This document shows positions 1 through 15,850 of a stretch of 64,000 nt of DNA, one piece after another. The notes below the pieces were generated by a model, which searched no databases, was not told where the DNA came from, and saw only the letters and a list, made by a program, of their open reading frames with translations. How positions within the stretch are numbered: position 1 is the stretch's first letter; each line of letters starts with the position of its first letter. The position numbers were made by a program, and so were the translations under genes. The DNA is from Octopus vulgaris (lineage: Eukaryota), in contig OX597817.1 of NCBI GenBank assembly GCA_951406725.2, positions 103,354,001-103,418,000 on the forward strand, in the 5' to 3' direction.

Positions 1-892
1 TTCTTTCGAGGTCCTCCGGTGCAGCCTGGATAATTATTTCCAGGGTCTGCCCTTGCTAATTCTTCGGTGGCGTTCTCGTTACTCGGAGGACCGCCATCTT
101 CTCTTCAACATCCAACAGTATTGCAGCCACCAGCCAGGTGACATCTACCTCCAGTGGAATCTCTTCGATCCTTCCTCTAGAAGCACACCTTCCAAGGTAG
201 GTAGGCAGAAGTATTACCTCATCCGTTTTCAGGGAGGCTACAGAATATCGCCTGGCCTTCTCCCCGGATGCGAATTGCACCTTCACAGCGTATTTTCTCC
301 CTCTGGCAAGGTAGGTGACATCCTTCCAGATGGGTCTCAGAGCCTTCTCTACTTACATTTTTGTCATTATTTCCATTTTCTTCGCCTCCAGACTGTACGT
401 TCTGTATATTACTGTCTTTCTTTGTGTGTTCCTTGCGACTTCACGAGGAAGAGCACTTTTACCTCGTGCCCCTCCCTTCGCAGGATTTCCCTGTACTTTT
501 TTAAGTCTGCCTTCTTAAAATAAATTTCTTCACTTTTTTTCCTCAGCCACAACTGCAAAATTCATTTTTCCACCTTCATCTTGTAAATCTCCTTTTATTT
601 AACCCACCGGTTTCTTTTTTATCAATAATTTTGTTTTTCCTTTTTCTTCCTTCTATTCGCTTTTGACCGGCTACACCTGATAGCTGTACTCTTTCTGTCT
701 CCGACATCAGCTGTTCGACATAGGCTATCATTCTCCTCAATTCCACATATTGCACGAAGGCGAGCATGACAGTTCACTCTCCCCCCCATACCTCGGGCAT
801 ATGGGGTGGGGACGCCAAAACCCGTGCCTTGACAGCCTCTTTTGAACCGGTCAAGCCGATCGGTAGCACAACCTAGTCGTGATGATGACGTG
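1..892 (-). mobile_element. 5' part (5'UTR + degraded ORF1) of a Tx1/L1-clade non-LTR retrotransposon, running off the window edge
   Basis: ORF 56..286 (KVQFASGEKARRYSVASLKTDEVILLPTYLGRCASRGRIEEI..WLVAAIL) aligns by eye with ORF 20963..21421 (VKFKNAETAQKHSVKSLESEDTMLIPIYMGMRASKVIIPRI..RLMAAVL), which lies in an element with a zinc knuckle and a zf-RVT domain. Confidence 0.7.
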
Positions 893-952
893 GACAAGAA
901 ATGTTTCTAAGTATTTTCTCCGGTGTGCTAAAGATTTTGCCGGGTCACCGCC

Positions 953-954
<2 letters not shown>
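893..954 (-). mobile_element. 5' head of tRNA-derived SINE family B, interrupted by the Tx1-like element
   Basis: gacaagaaatgtttctaagtattttctccggtgtgctaaagattttgccgggtcaccgcctt matches the head seen at 22058-22116 (acgaaataccgctaagcatttcgcccgatgtgctaacgtttctgccacctcgccgcctt). Confidence 0.75.
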
Positions 955-1030
<76 letters not shown>

Positions 1031-1123
1031 GCATCACAACAAATCACAGCACATATCCAAGGCACGCAGAGCTGCGCTCGCTAGTGAAGTGAAAGCACGC
1101 TATAAAAATAAAACTACTGAATG

Positions 1124-1178
<55 letters not shown>

Positions 1179-1688
1179 TAATAGTTTGCAAGTGTTATCA
1201 TGTACATTGTTTTGTCTTGGTATAAAAGATGGGCTACAGCAAATATTCTGCTCAATACCACATATTTGCTTGTCAGGTGTTTGACCATAACCAGTTGAGC
1301 ATTTCCCTTAGTGGCTGACGATATGTGCATCTCTGATCACGAGCAGAAGTAGTGGGGGAGCATCATAGCCATGTGTTGAGAGGGATTCTTTGGGGTTTGA
1401 ATAATTCACCTCTGGAAACATGGGTGGTTCTTTCAACATCCTTAAACAATCCTTATTCAGGGACCTTTTGAGCGGGATGGGCTACTCAACCTGAAGAAAA
1501 TTCTAACTGGGCCCCACCCGCAAGGTCATGTGCTGTTTATCTTGATATGAGATCAGCATGTCGCGCACATATGGTTGTGATGCATGTGCCTGGTGTACCT
1601 TTATCAGACGGGTAGTCATGATGGGTATATTGGGCTTCGTATATTTTACCCCAGTGTCACTTTGATGGCATGAACTGCTTTCTCACTC

Positions 1689-1780
<92 letters not shown>

Positions 1781-1796
1781 TGATGATGATGATGAT
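954..1796. repeat. (TAA)n microsatellite blocks separated by two non-coding cassettes (about 1031-1122 and 1182-1689)
   Basis: Three TAA arrays (954-1030, 1124-1181, 1689-1777) followed by (TGA)n. Confidence 0.9.
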
Positions 1797-2484
1797 AACA
1801 GAGGGAGTTGATGGCGATAGTGATGATAGTGAGCTGGTCAGTTCATTAACGGCCAAAAACATGAAAAGAAAATGGACGGAGTCGAGTTCAGTCCCACTGC
1901 ATGGTACATTGGGTGTCTTCTACTGTAGCCTCGGATCGACCAAAGCTTTGTGTGTGGATTTGGTTGACGGAAACTGAAAGAAGCTCGTCGTTTATGTGTG
2001 TGTGTGTGTGTGTGGGTGTGTCTTTATGTCTGTATTTGCTCTCCACCACCTCTTGAGAACTGGTGCTGGTGTTTATATTTCCTGTAACATTAAAAGACTA
2101 AGTCCTGGGGTCGATTCATTCTAATGGCTGAAGCAAGTAAAAGATAACAGATAAAATATTTATTTGCTGATTTATTTGCAATACACACTATTTCCTCAAT
2201 GGTTTTATATTTTGATAAATGTGTTACAGTTCCTGGAGCTGCTACTTGCAATCGAGATATCATAACTGATATTAAGACAAAATTACTAAGCTATATTTTT
2301 GATAAAGTGCTGCATCATCAGCATACGTTTTAAGATAAATCCATTTTGACCAAAATGACACATCAGAGTTGGTCACGTTATTCATTCTTGCATCGATGAT
2401 TTTATTGAATAATAAAGGTGAGCGGATACGATGCTGTCTAGTCTGTTCGAATTTGAAAATAACTAGATATTTACTCTTTAATTT

Positions 2485-2775
2485 TGACTATACTACTAAT
2501 GCTACTACCATTTTGGTGTGCATATGTTTAAAATATTTGTCTGGAATGAACTGTCTAGTGTTATCCAATGCTGTTGTTATAAGGTCTCGTTATTTAGGAG
2601 TCCTTGTGCATGTAGCAACATGGACTGTGAGGCTTGGCGATTGCTGTAACAATAAATCACTCCTCACATATCTTAGTTCAGCTCTGATCAAGCAGAACTG
2701 TGCTCAAAGTCACTCCAATAGTCAACATATCCAGCTTTATTTTCAGCATATTGCATGTTTCATCAAATATATCAT
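2485..2775 (+). repeat. Dispersed repeat; second copy at about 16485-16775
   Basis: Shared text taatgct..gtgtgcatatgtttaaaatattt.tctggaatgaac..catgtagcaacatggactgtgaggcttggcgat..agctctgatcaagcagaact.tgctcaaag in both places. Confidence 0.85.
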
Positions 2776-3176
2776 TTTTTTTATTAAGACGATAAAATGC
2801 TATTTAAATTTGGAAATAACTGGCTGTTTACTCTTCAATTTTGACTATACTAGACAATGAGTACATTAGCCTAATAGTTATGCACTAGTAATCAGCAGAT
2901 GAAATTGCTTGATACACTTTCAGCTTCAAGGGATATTCAAAGTACCTGACTGTCTTCACTATCAAAGGTAGTTTGCGAAATCGATAAATTTGTCGTCACT
3001 AACATAGATTATGTTCTGTAATTTGCAAAGGAGTTAAAAAATGTAATCATTGCAACTGTGATTCAAGTAGAAGCCTGCCTGTTCACTCTATATCCACGTC
3101 TAGCGAATTTGTTAAATGGGTATAAAAACTTCGTCCACAGCTGACAACAAACTTATACCCTGGTAATCATAATCAT

Positions 3177-3235
<59 letters not shown>

Positions 3236-3240
3236 ATGTA

Positions 3241-4321
3241 TATGAAATACAATGTACATTAAAACACATTAAGAGGCTTTCATCATAGGAATCATTTACG
3301 CTAGAAAGAACCGTTAAGGTCTAAATCACTAATTAGGGATAAATTCTCGAAGGGAATGAAAGATAAAAACATTTACCATCTAATTCCTGGACCATGGTTT
3401 CTGACTTATTTTAGTAAATAAAAATTATCATTTACCAGGTGAAGTCTTCATCAACAATTTGCCAAGGAGTTAAAAGATATAATCATTGCAACTGTGATTC
3501 AAGTAGAAGCCTACCTATTCACTCTATGCTCGCGTCTAGCAAATTTGTTGATGAAGACTGTTGATAAAGACTTCGCCTGGTAAATAATAATTTTTATTTA
3601 CTAAAATAAGTCAGAAACCATGGTCCAGGAATTAGATGGTAAATGTTTTTATTTTTCATTCCCTTTGAGAATCTATCCTTAATTAGTGGTTTGGATTTTA
3701 ACTGTTCTTTCTAGCGTAAAGGATTCCTATGATGGAAGCCTCTTAATGTGTTTTAATGTACATTGTATTTTATATGAATAATATATAGTCTATTGACTAA
3801 TTTTTTTACGCTAGATCACTGGTAGTAAAAATTTCTAAAATCTGTATTACTCCGATATAATTTATTATGTATAATGTTTTCTGGTAGATTCGTTCGAAGA
3901 TTTTGCCGGCATTTTCCTGTTGCCGACAAAAAAGACTGCGCTTGCGCAGTGGATTTGAAAAAAATTAAAATGTGCAACCAATGAGACACATGTTGGATTG
4001 GCCTCGTTGTTTATATATATATGATCTATGGCGTCCCTGGTAAATAATAATTTTTATTTACTAAAATAAGTCAGAAACCATGGTCCAAGAATTAGATGGT
4101 AAATGTTTTAATTTTTCGTTCCCTTCAAGAATTTATCCCTAATTAGTGGTTTGGACTTTAACTGTTCTTTCTAGCGTAAAGGGTTCCTATGATGGAAGCC
4201 TCTTAATGTGTTTTAGTGTACGCTGTATTTTATATGAATAATATATACTCTATTGACTAATTTTTTTTACGCTAAGCCACTGGTAGTAAAAATTTCTAAA
4301 ATCTTTATTACCCTGATATTA

Positions 4322-4325
<4 letters not shown>
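3241..4325. mobile_element. Cluster of three Penelope-type pseudo-LTR copies: inverted 3241-3459, direct 3539-3870, direct 4037-4325
   Basis: ctggtaaataataatttttatttactaaaataagtcagaaaccatggtcc... occurs at 3577 and 4037 and as the reverse complement at about 3388-3438; flanked by (TA)n; carries a hammerhead-like motif. Confidence 0.7.
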
Positions 4326-7941
<3,616 letters not shown>

Positions 7942-9749
7942 GTACAGTAGAGATCTCCCAATCGGTTCCTATTATTCTACTAGTCCGTACAAGGTGTAAT
8001 AAAGATTGTAGTTTAAAGAGTAATCACTACTAACTTTAAACATTTCAAATGTTGTTCCACCAATAAAAAGGAAAAAAGAAAGAAAAAAGTGAGAAAGAAA
8101 AAAAGATAAAAACACTGGGCTTTACGATATGCAGCGCATAACACTATTCAAAATTTCATATTAAATTTTGTGTGCCATAATATATAAGCATTTTTGTAAA
8201 ATGCATTTGGCATCAATCTGGTGGTTATATGATACCTTGCACATAATTAGCGCTTAATTTATAATTTTATTTTTGCTCAGAAAAAGTGTTGAATGTAGAT
8301 TTCTTATGAATATTTCCCGTTTATTACCAGTTCAGCTAATTACAGAGTGTAGTAGGTTACTCATACTTGCATTACCTAAAATGAAAATTATAATACCATT
8401 ATAAGCTAAGGCCAACTGAAAATTTATTTTCATCTACTTTGCTATGTATGGCGTATGATAAAATTAACGCAACGTTAACTATCAGTATTTGGTTTTAAGG
8501 CTTCTCCTAAAATAGAATACCCTAGAGATATTACTGCCAGAATAGCGAGAAAGAAGTCTGCTATTTTCTCTTCTTTTCCTTTGTTTAAACTGAAACACAC
8601 GAATCTTATGAACTAGAAATTATTTATTTAGAATATAATTTACATGGGAAAATAGCAGCTGACTGGAATATTTTTATCATTTGTGCTGCCCCATGATTAA
8701 TTCATTTTTCTTGCACCATTTTCGATAAATAGATAAGATCTGAATTTTATCAACTGACTTTCATAAGGATAGTGTGAACTTATAATTGTTTAACAGTAAT
8801 GATGTAATGAAACACATGAAAGTTTAAATATCGTATCAGTATATGTATATATTTGTTATTAATATATTTATATATCAATATATTTATATATTTGTAAAGT
8901 ATACGTTTCAATGGTCTTTTAAAATATTTATAAGAAAAATATTAAACCAGCAGAACAAAAAATAAATAGTAAAAAAGTATGAGAATATTAAAAAAAGAAT
9001 ATACCAAGCAATTGAATCACACTAGTTACTTCACTTTAATGATGTAAAATTAAACTTCAACTTTTTCAGCTGAATTAATTATCATGTAATTCCTTTAGAA
9101 ACATCTTTTCTTTTTTCTATTTTCAGACACCAAACTTAGGTAGTATCAATTAATTTTCTCAGCAGCTAATCTTTTTCAGCTATGAATCGCTTCGAATCCT
9201 ACATGACATTCAAACTCTGAAATAATAGATGATTATTTGGTCAGATAAATATATTATTATCTTTAAAACATAACTCACCCTGAATGAATTATTGCTAAAA
9301 TTTTTTAAGGCAAGAGGACATTGAACATTACGCTAAGAATCTTAGCAGCTAAATGGTAAAATGGTAAATTTGTAAACGCATGGTACCCAAGTTAGCGTTT
9401 ATAAAATTATATTAGACGTTATAAATAGACAAAAACATGCCCCTGATAGTTTTTTATCAGGTGACCGTAACATTAGTGATCACACAATAGGAGTCTGTCA
9501 ATACTTTTTCTCCTTCTCAAATTAAATATTTACATTATTATTATTTTTTGTGTTAGCAATAGAAGTGAAATCTTCAAACTACGTCCCAACATCTAGAAGG
9601 AGGACGTTATATAGCATAATAGATGCGCAATTTCCAAGAAAATGGTGGGATTGTTATAAGTGGATCATCTTTGGTCACAAGAATTCCCAAACACAGCTTG
9701 CTTGTGACTAAATAACAAAAAAAAAAATGATAACAACATAGAGTAATAT

Positions 9750-9962
9750 TGGTTTCAAATTTTGGTACACGGTCAGCAATTTCAGGGTAGGGGGCCAAGT
9801 CGATTATATAGACTCCAGCGATTAACAGGTACTTATTTTATCTAGCCCGAAAAGATGAAAAGCAGAGTCGACCACGGTGGAATTTGAACTCAGAAAGTAA
9901 AGACGGATGAAATGTCGCTAAGCATTTTCCCGGTTTGCTAACGATTCTGCCAGCTCGCCGCT
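9750..9962 (-). mobile_element. tRNA-derived SINE family B (Meta-domain-like core); other copies at about 18635-18806(-), 18835-18950(+), 25655-25940(-), 25981-26188(-), 43000-43130(-), 46335-46547(-)
   Basis: Family consensus on the element strand: ggcggcgagctggcagaa (A-box-like)..gagttcaaattcc (B-box-like)..gcctttcatcctttcggggtcgataaa.taagtaccag, resembling the MetaSINE core. Confidence 0.85.
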
Positions 9963-10702
9963 GGTGATATTCAACCCTGACACATCAGAAATGTAACGTA
10001 TAGATAATCAATATAATGATGAGGAGATCCTAACAAACCAATCACTTCAAATATACCATGTTCCTGTGTTTCCGAGTTTTCGGTTAACTGATGATCGTAT
10101 TGTATCTACTGACAGTCAGTGGTTATTCGTATACCGTGGAATGTGTCGTGACAATTTGTGCGTATAGCATCCTCTCCAATGTTCTTTTGGTACAATCTAT
10201 AGCGGTGGATGGTCATATGTATTCTGTCAGAGAATGTTAGTTGCTGATTCTCACCAACTTATCAGCAATGGGATAAAATGTCATAACGCTTATCCAGACT
10301 GGATAGGAAAGATCATGTTTTTCAGAATGCTGGTGTGGTAGTGTTCAAGGAGAATGTTGATGTATATGTATAGCTTTTTATGATGATGCAAGGTTAAGGC
10401 AAATATAGTGATGCATGTATTGTGAGAAACAGTTAGCTTGATATTGCAGCAAGCTGTCGCTACCACCCGCACACTCCTCACCTGTTTTCCTGCAGAGGTT
10501 TAGCCTAAGTACTAGTCGCTTCGAGATCCCATTTTGGGAGAGCCAGCAGATGTAATAGATATTGTCATGTCTGTCCTAATTAAATTTAAAAGGACTCGTA
10601 TATCTCATGTTGTTTCGTTATGTAACTTCTCTGAGCACATTATACATCGTGCTAGTCTCATAACGTACCTCTCTTGTTTATATTGTCATTTTTATAAAAT
10701 TA

Positions 10703-11375
10703 CTAGCAGTATCGCCCGGCGTTGCTCGGGTTTGTAAGGGAAATAACTATATAAGCATTTTTAGAGAGTTATAGCAAAAAAATTAGCAAAAAAATGCATT
10801 AAAAATGGAATAAAAAATGATGGTAACTTTTTTTTTAATCGTTGACTCATCGTAGACATTTTTAGAGAGTTACTTCCCTTATATAATGGCGAAAAAATGC
10901 ATTAAAATGGAAAAAATGATGGTAATTTTTTTTTAAATCGTAGACTCATCGTAGACGCTTTCTTAGCCATTTCTGTTTTGGTGTCTTCAAGCCATGAAGT
11001 CGTTGTTCTAAAAGAACGCTGGTCTCCTTGACAACGCTTTACGACGTTGATTTCCTTACACTCCCTTCCCCACAGCTTCACGAGGGAGGGAAGAAGGGGG
11101 AGAAGCAACACAGGTGCAGGTGTGACCATGGACGCCAACTCCGCCGCCATCGACACACGAAAAAATATGCGTTAAAATGGAAAAAAATGATGTTAAATTA
11201 TTTTTAAAATCGTAGACTCATCGTAGACGCGCGCTAATACCCAGACGGGCTCGATATGAATCACGACTATAAGATACCCGAATTTGGTTAAACTGCACCG
11301 CAAAATGTGGGAGTAGTTAGGAATCTAAATCGTAGGAGACAGACACTCACACAACTACAGTTTTATATATATAGA
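10703..11375 (-). mobile_element. Non-autonomous Helitron
   Basis: Minus strand begins A|TCTATATATATAAAAC and ends CCCGAGCAACGCCGGG hairpin + CGATACTG-CTAG|T; no TSD; three internal ~60-bp repeats (aaaaatgcattaaaatgg..gactcatcgtagac). Confidence 0.85.
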
Positions 11376-12165
11376 TATACTGAGAAAATCTTATAACATA
11401 CACTATATCAAGTAATTCATTATGTATAATAGTAGATATTATTATTTAGTCTTTCTCATGAAAACTATAGAGATTATCAGCCCCAATCACATTTTAATAG
11501 TGAACATACGGATTCGACGAGCAAAATATTGGGATTTTGGACCTAAACGTCTCTCATTAGCCTCGTAAAACTGGCCTCAAGCCTGCTATTTTAGAATTAA
11601 CGGTAGTGTACATTCGATAGGTGTACGAGAAAATTTATGCAATTTGCCATAGAGTATATGGATGCCATAATAATTCATAATAATTCATACAGTACGTAAG
11701 AAATGTTTTTCTCACGATTTTTATCTGTTGTCCCTTAATCGCAAATGAATTCTGATGAAAACAAATCTATGATCAATGACATTCTAATCATGACTTGCCC
11801 ATCCCCTGTTATATGAAATCATTGTTCAAAACGTGTTTGCGAAAATACCGGGGATGAGATTCTGATGCTAACTTTAACAGGACGAACGACCGCGTTGTCC
11901 TTTCTTCGTTGGTATATCTCTTGCAGTCAGAGTAGACAATATGAAACAAAGAGAGTGGGTGAGTGAGTGAGTGAGTGAATGAGTGAGTGTGCGAGTGAAT
12001 GAGCGACTGAGAGTGTGTGTAGTTGAGAGAGAGAGTGGGAAAGAGAGAAATACTAGTAGAGCTTGAAGAGTCTTAATTGTCAAACATCAAAAACATAATA
12101 GTAAACTTGTCTATCAGTAAATTAAAATTATTTCATCATATCATATGTGTTTAAATTACAGAGGT

Positions 12166-12216
<51 letters not shown>

Positions 12217-12619
12217 TATATATGTATGCATGAATGTGTATATATGCAAGTATGTATGTATGTACTAACAATATTCTTTTTAATTTACAATTTCACTAAG
12301 TAATGAATTCTACACTTATTTCAACTTATTTCCTAAGAAATGAATTATTGTTTTTTAATAAAATTTCTCATATTGATTCCCAAAATAATTCGAAAGCATT
12401 GACTGAAATTATCACTAATGAACATTTATGTATGTATGTATGTATGTATGTATGTATGTATGTATGTATGTATGTATGTATGTATGTATGTATGTATGTA
12501 TGTATGTATGTATGTATGTATGTATGTACATATGTATATGTGTGCGTACGTATTATATATATATATATATATATGCACGTACACACATTTCTATATATCT
12601 GCACGTACACACATTTCTA

Positions 12620-12671
<52 letters not shown>

Positions 12672-12682
12672 CACACACACAC

Positions 12683-12738
<56 letters not shown>

Positions 12739-12804
12739 TTTTACGCTTTTACTCGTTTCAGCCACGCGGCTGTGGTCATGCTGGAGCACCACCATGCATA
12801 TATG

Positions 12805-12914
<110 letters not shown>

Positions 12915-13996
12915 AATATATACTTATATATATATATACATACATGCATACACACGTATATATAAACATATATATACACACACACATTCAAGTGAAATGA
13001 ACGAAAGAAAGTAGCACTCAACACATTTGGTTGCTGTTATATCTATTAATAATAGTTTGACTCAGATCCACATACCTTAAAGTTTCGTCGGCGTAGGACA
13101 CATGCACTTCATCTGATAAGATGAGCACGTCCTACGTCCAGGAAACTTTACGTAATCCACAGCTGAGTCGAATTGTTAAATTGCTATTAAACCACTTCTA
13201 TCTCTTTCTCTCTCTTTAGCAAGTAGTATTTATACCCTACAGTATCTACATATGCCTTATATTGTGCCTGTAATGGTGTGAACTTGCTGGCCACCGTATT
13301 ATTACCTTATTAATATCATTAATAACTGTAATAATACATCTTTAAAATTTATTCTTCCGTACGACAGTTTCCTTTTAAAGGGACCATGACATTTAAAGTA
13401 AGGAACGCACACGAGCTAATGTAGTGAATATTTAGAAATAGATGATAAAATAATTACTGATGTTAAAATATCATTTTCTACTGAAGATCCCAGTGTATGT
13501 TGGTCATACAGAGGGTGAAATCAATTAGTATTGAAATACACATTACTTATTGATGTATTCGACAAAAAGTTAAGCCTATTTCTCATATCTTTATTGCGAG
13601 TTTCTTGTGGTTTTCGAGCCTTGGCTCTGATTTTAGCAAGTGGTATTTATACCTTAGTGTATCTAAATTTGCCTTATATATATATATGTACACACACTCA
13701 CACACACACACACAAACACATACACACTAACATACACACACAAACACATACACACTCACATACACACTCACATACACACTCACATACACTAACATATGTC
13801 GAAGCATTAGTTGTACTATTTCCTACGTAGTATTGCAGTTTTGTTTATCATATATATCGATAGGGTACACAAAAAACAATGATTTTTGTCTTTCATCTTT
13901 AATATGTATATAGCCCGTATAATTTTTATCCTGAAAGTTTTATGTAATTATGCGTGATTATCATTATCTTTATAGTTTTATCTGCCATGTTTTTAA

Positions 13997-14378
13997 ACTT
14001 TTCTACTATAGGCACAAGGCCTGAAATTTTGTGGGGACGAGGCCAGTCGATTAGATCGACCCTAATACACAACTGGTACTTAATTTATCGACCCCGAAAG
14101 GATGAAAGGCAAAGTCGACCTCGGCGGAATTTGAACTCAGAACGTAAAGACAGACGAAATACATATTTCTTTATTACCCATAAGGGGCTAAACATAGAGT
14201 GGACAAACAAGGAGAGACAAAGGAATTAAGTCGATTACATCGACCCCGGTGCTTAACTGGTACTTAATTTATCGACCCCGAAAGGATGAAAGGCATAATC
14301 GACGGCGGAATTTGAACACAGAACGTAAAGGCAGACGAAATATCGCTTAGAATTTCGTCTGGCGTGCTAACGTTTCTG
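13997..14378 (-). mobile_element. Tandem/nested pair of family B SINEs; one unit (14163-14378) has the Tx1-type tail
   Basis: Core gtcgattacatcgacccc..gaaaggatgaaaggc..cagacgaaata occurs twice; junction cagacgaaatac|atatttctttattacccataaggggctaaacatagag. Confidence 0.85.
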
Positions 14379-15249
14379 AGTTACCGATGTTCGACGTTAT
14401 ATACTTTTATGAAGCATTATATTTTCTACAGTATACATTTTATCTAGTCAAGATTCTGCTTCAAATTATATCTGTACCAAAATATTTCAAAGGACATGAA
14501 GAACGGTTTGGGGTTTTGCTGTAGATTCAGCGGACAAATCTCTATAGTTTAACATAAGTCTTTGAAGTTGATATTAGCAAAGTCTTCATACATGAACTCA
14601 TCAAATAAAGTTGAGAAATTGGTTATTTGAATGTTACCGTAGCTGTACACTGTGAAGTAGCGTGGGATGTGCGGAATAATCGGAATGCACAGGCCAGCTA
14701 CGTTATATACGTGTATTTGTTGTAGTCAAAGGTAGCTACGTTTAAAACTGGAACGCGCAAGTTGGCTCTCGCACACAGCGGCCGAAACCTATCTCCTGCC
14801 AATGCCTTTACATATTTGTATCACTTACGTTGCGACTTGATCGCTACTTAAGTTGCTGAATCCCCCTTATTAATTTTCCGCAATGCACTTATCTTATTTG
14901 CGTGCATCACTAGATATTTGTCCCAGTCAAGGCTTGAGGTCATTGTAGCGTAATGTGATTACAATGAAGGAAAAGAAGAAACCTAGAAATTTAAAGATGT
15001 TGATAGACAGAAATCTCAAAGGACTGAATATCATAGACAAGAGGAAAACAAGTTCCAGAGAGCAGCAGTTCGAAGAAAGTATGGTGCAAGTTTAAATTTG
15101 TAACGTCGGTTAAATTCTTGTTCTAATTGTTATTACGTTAACCATCGTTAATCCACTTTCTGCTTCGTTAAATGAATAAACAAATAAAACGAACGAACAG
15201 ACAAACAAACAAACAAACAAATAAATAAATAAATAAATAATTAAATAAC

Positions 15250-15850
15250 GGCGTTCAGTGATCTGTTTTCCGTGAGCTGAAGGTGTATCGGGAGCCAAAA
15301 TCCATCGAAGTCTTTTAGCAGAGAGGAACAGTGCTTTGCCACAACGGACTCCATGAATGCTGTGAAAAATTCAGAAATGACCGGAGAGGGAGCCAGGCAC
15401 CCGATCACATGCCACATTGATAAAATTGAACGAGTCTGCAACATGGCTTTCATTGAAAGGTAAGTATTGAAGTAGCAAAAAAAAAAAAAAAAGAAGAATT
15501 GTCATGGCTCGGCCCATGAAGTGATCCTCAACAGACTTGGTATAAATAAAGTTTGTACAAAACAACTTTCAGAACTGCATAAGTAAATCTCTAGAAACCA
15601 TGGCTGTTTGGATCTTGTAATATTGCTCACTGAGAGAAAAAGATTCAAGATGATAACCGAGGTCGTTATTTACATCTGTTTCCAATACACTTGCAAAGTC
15701 AGAATTGAAGGTGATATGCTGTTGGCAGGATCCCACATGTTGTTCTTGCGAATAGGTCACAGAGTTACATGTTTCCAAAGATTAGAGATGGAAATATTAA
15801 ATGTATCGTGAGGATAAGGCCATTCGCTGGAAAGTGCATGTCTCCTTATT
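15250..15850 (+). pseudogene. Highly decayed mariner-type transposase fragment
   Basis: RSVICF.*AEGVSGAKIHRSLLA resembles the mariner N-terminal HTH start; later KQLSELHK; many stops. Confidence 0.45.

Noticed and set aside
775-892. GC-rich hairpin (ccccata..tatgggg) in the Tx1 5'UTR as an HDV-like ribozyme
   Set aside because: The nested double pseudoknot could not be built by eye; only a simple stem is evident
954-1780. Repeat-spacer-repeat pattern resembling a CRISPR array
   Set aside because: Repeats are variable-length TAA microsatellites, spacers are very unequal, the context is eukaryotic and there are no cas genes
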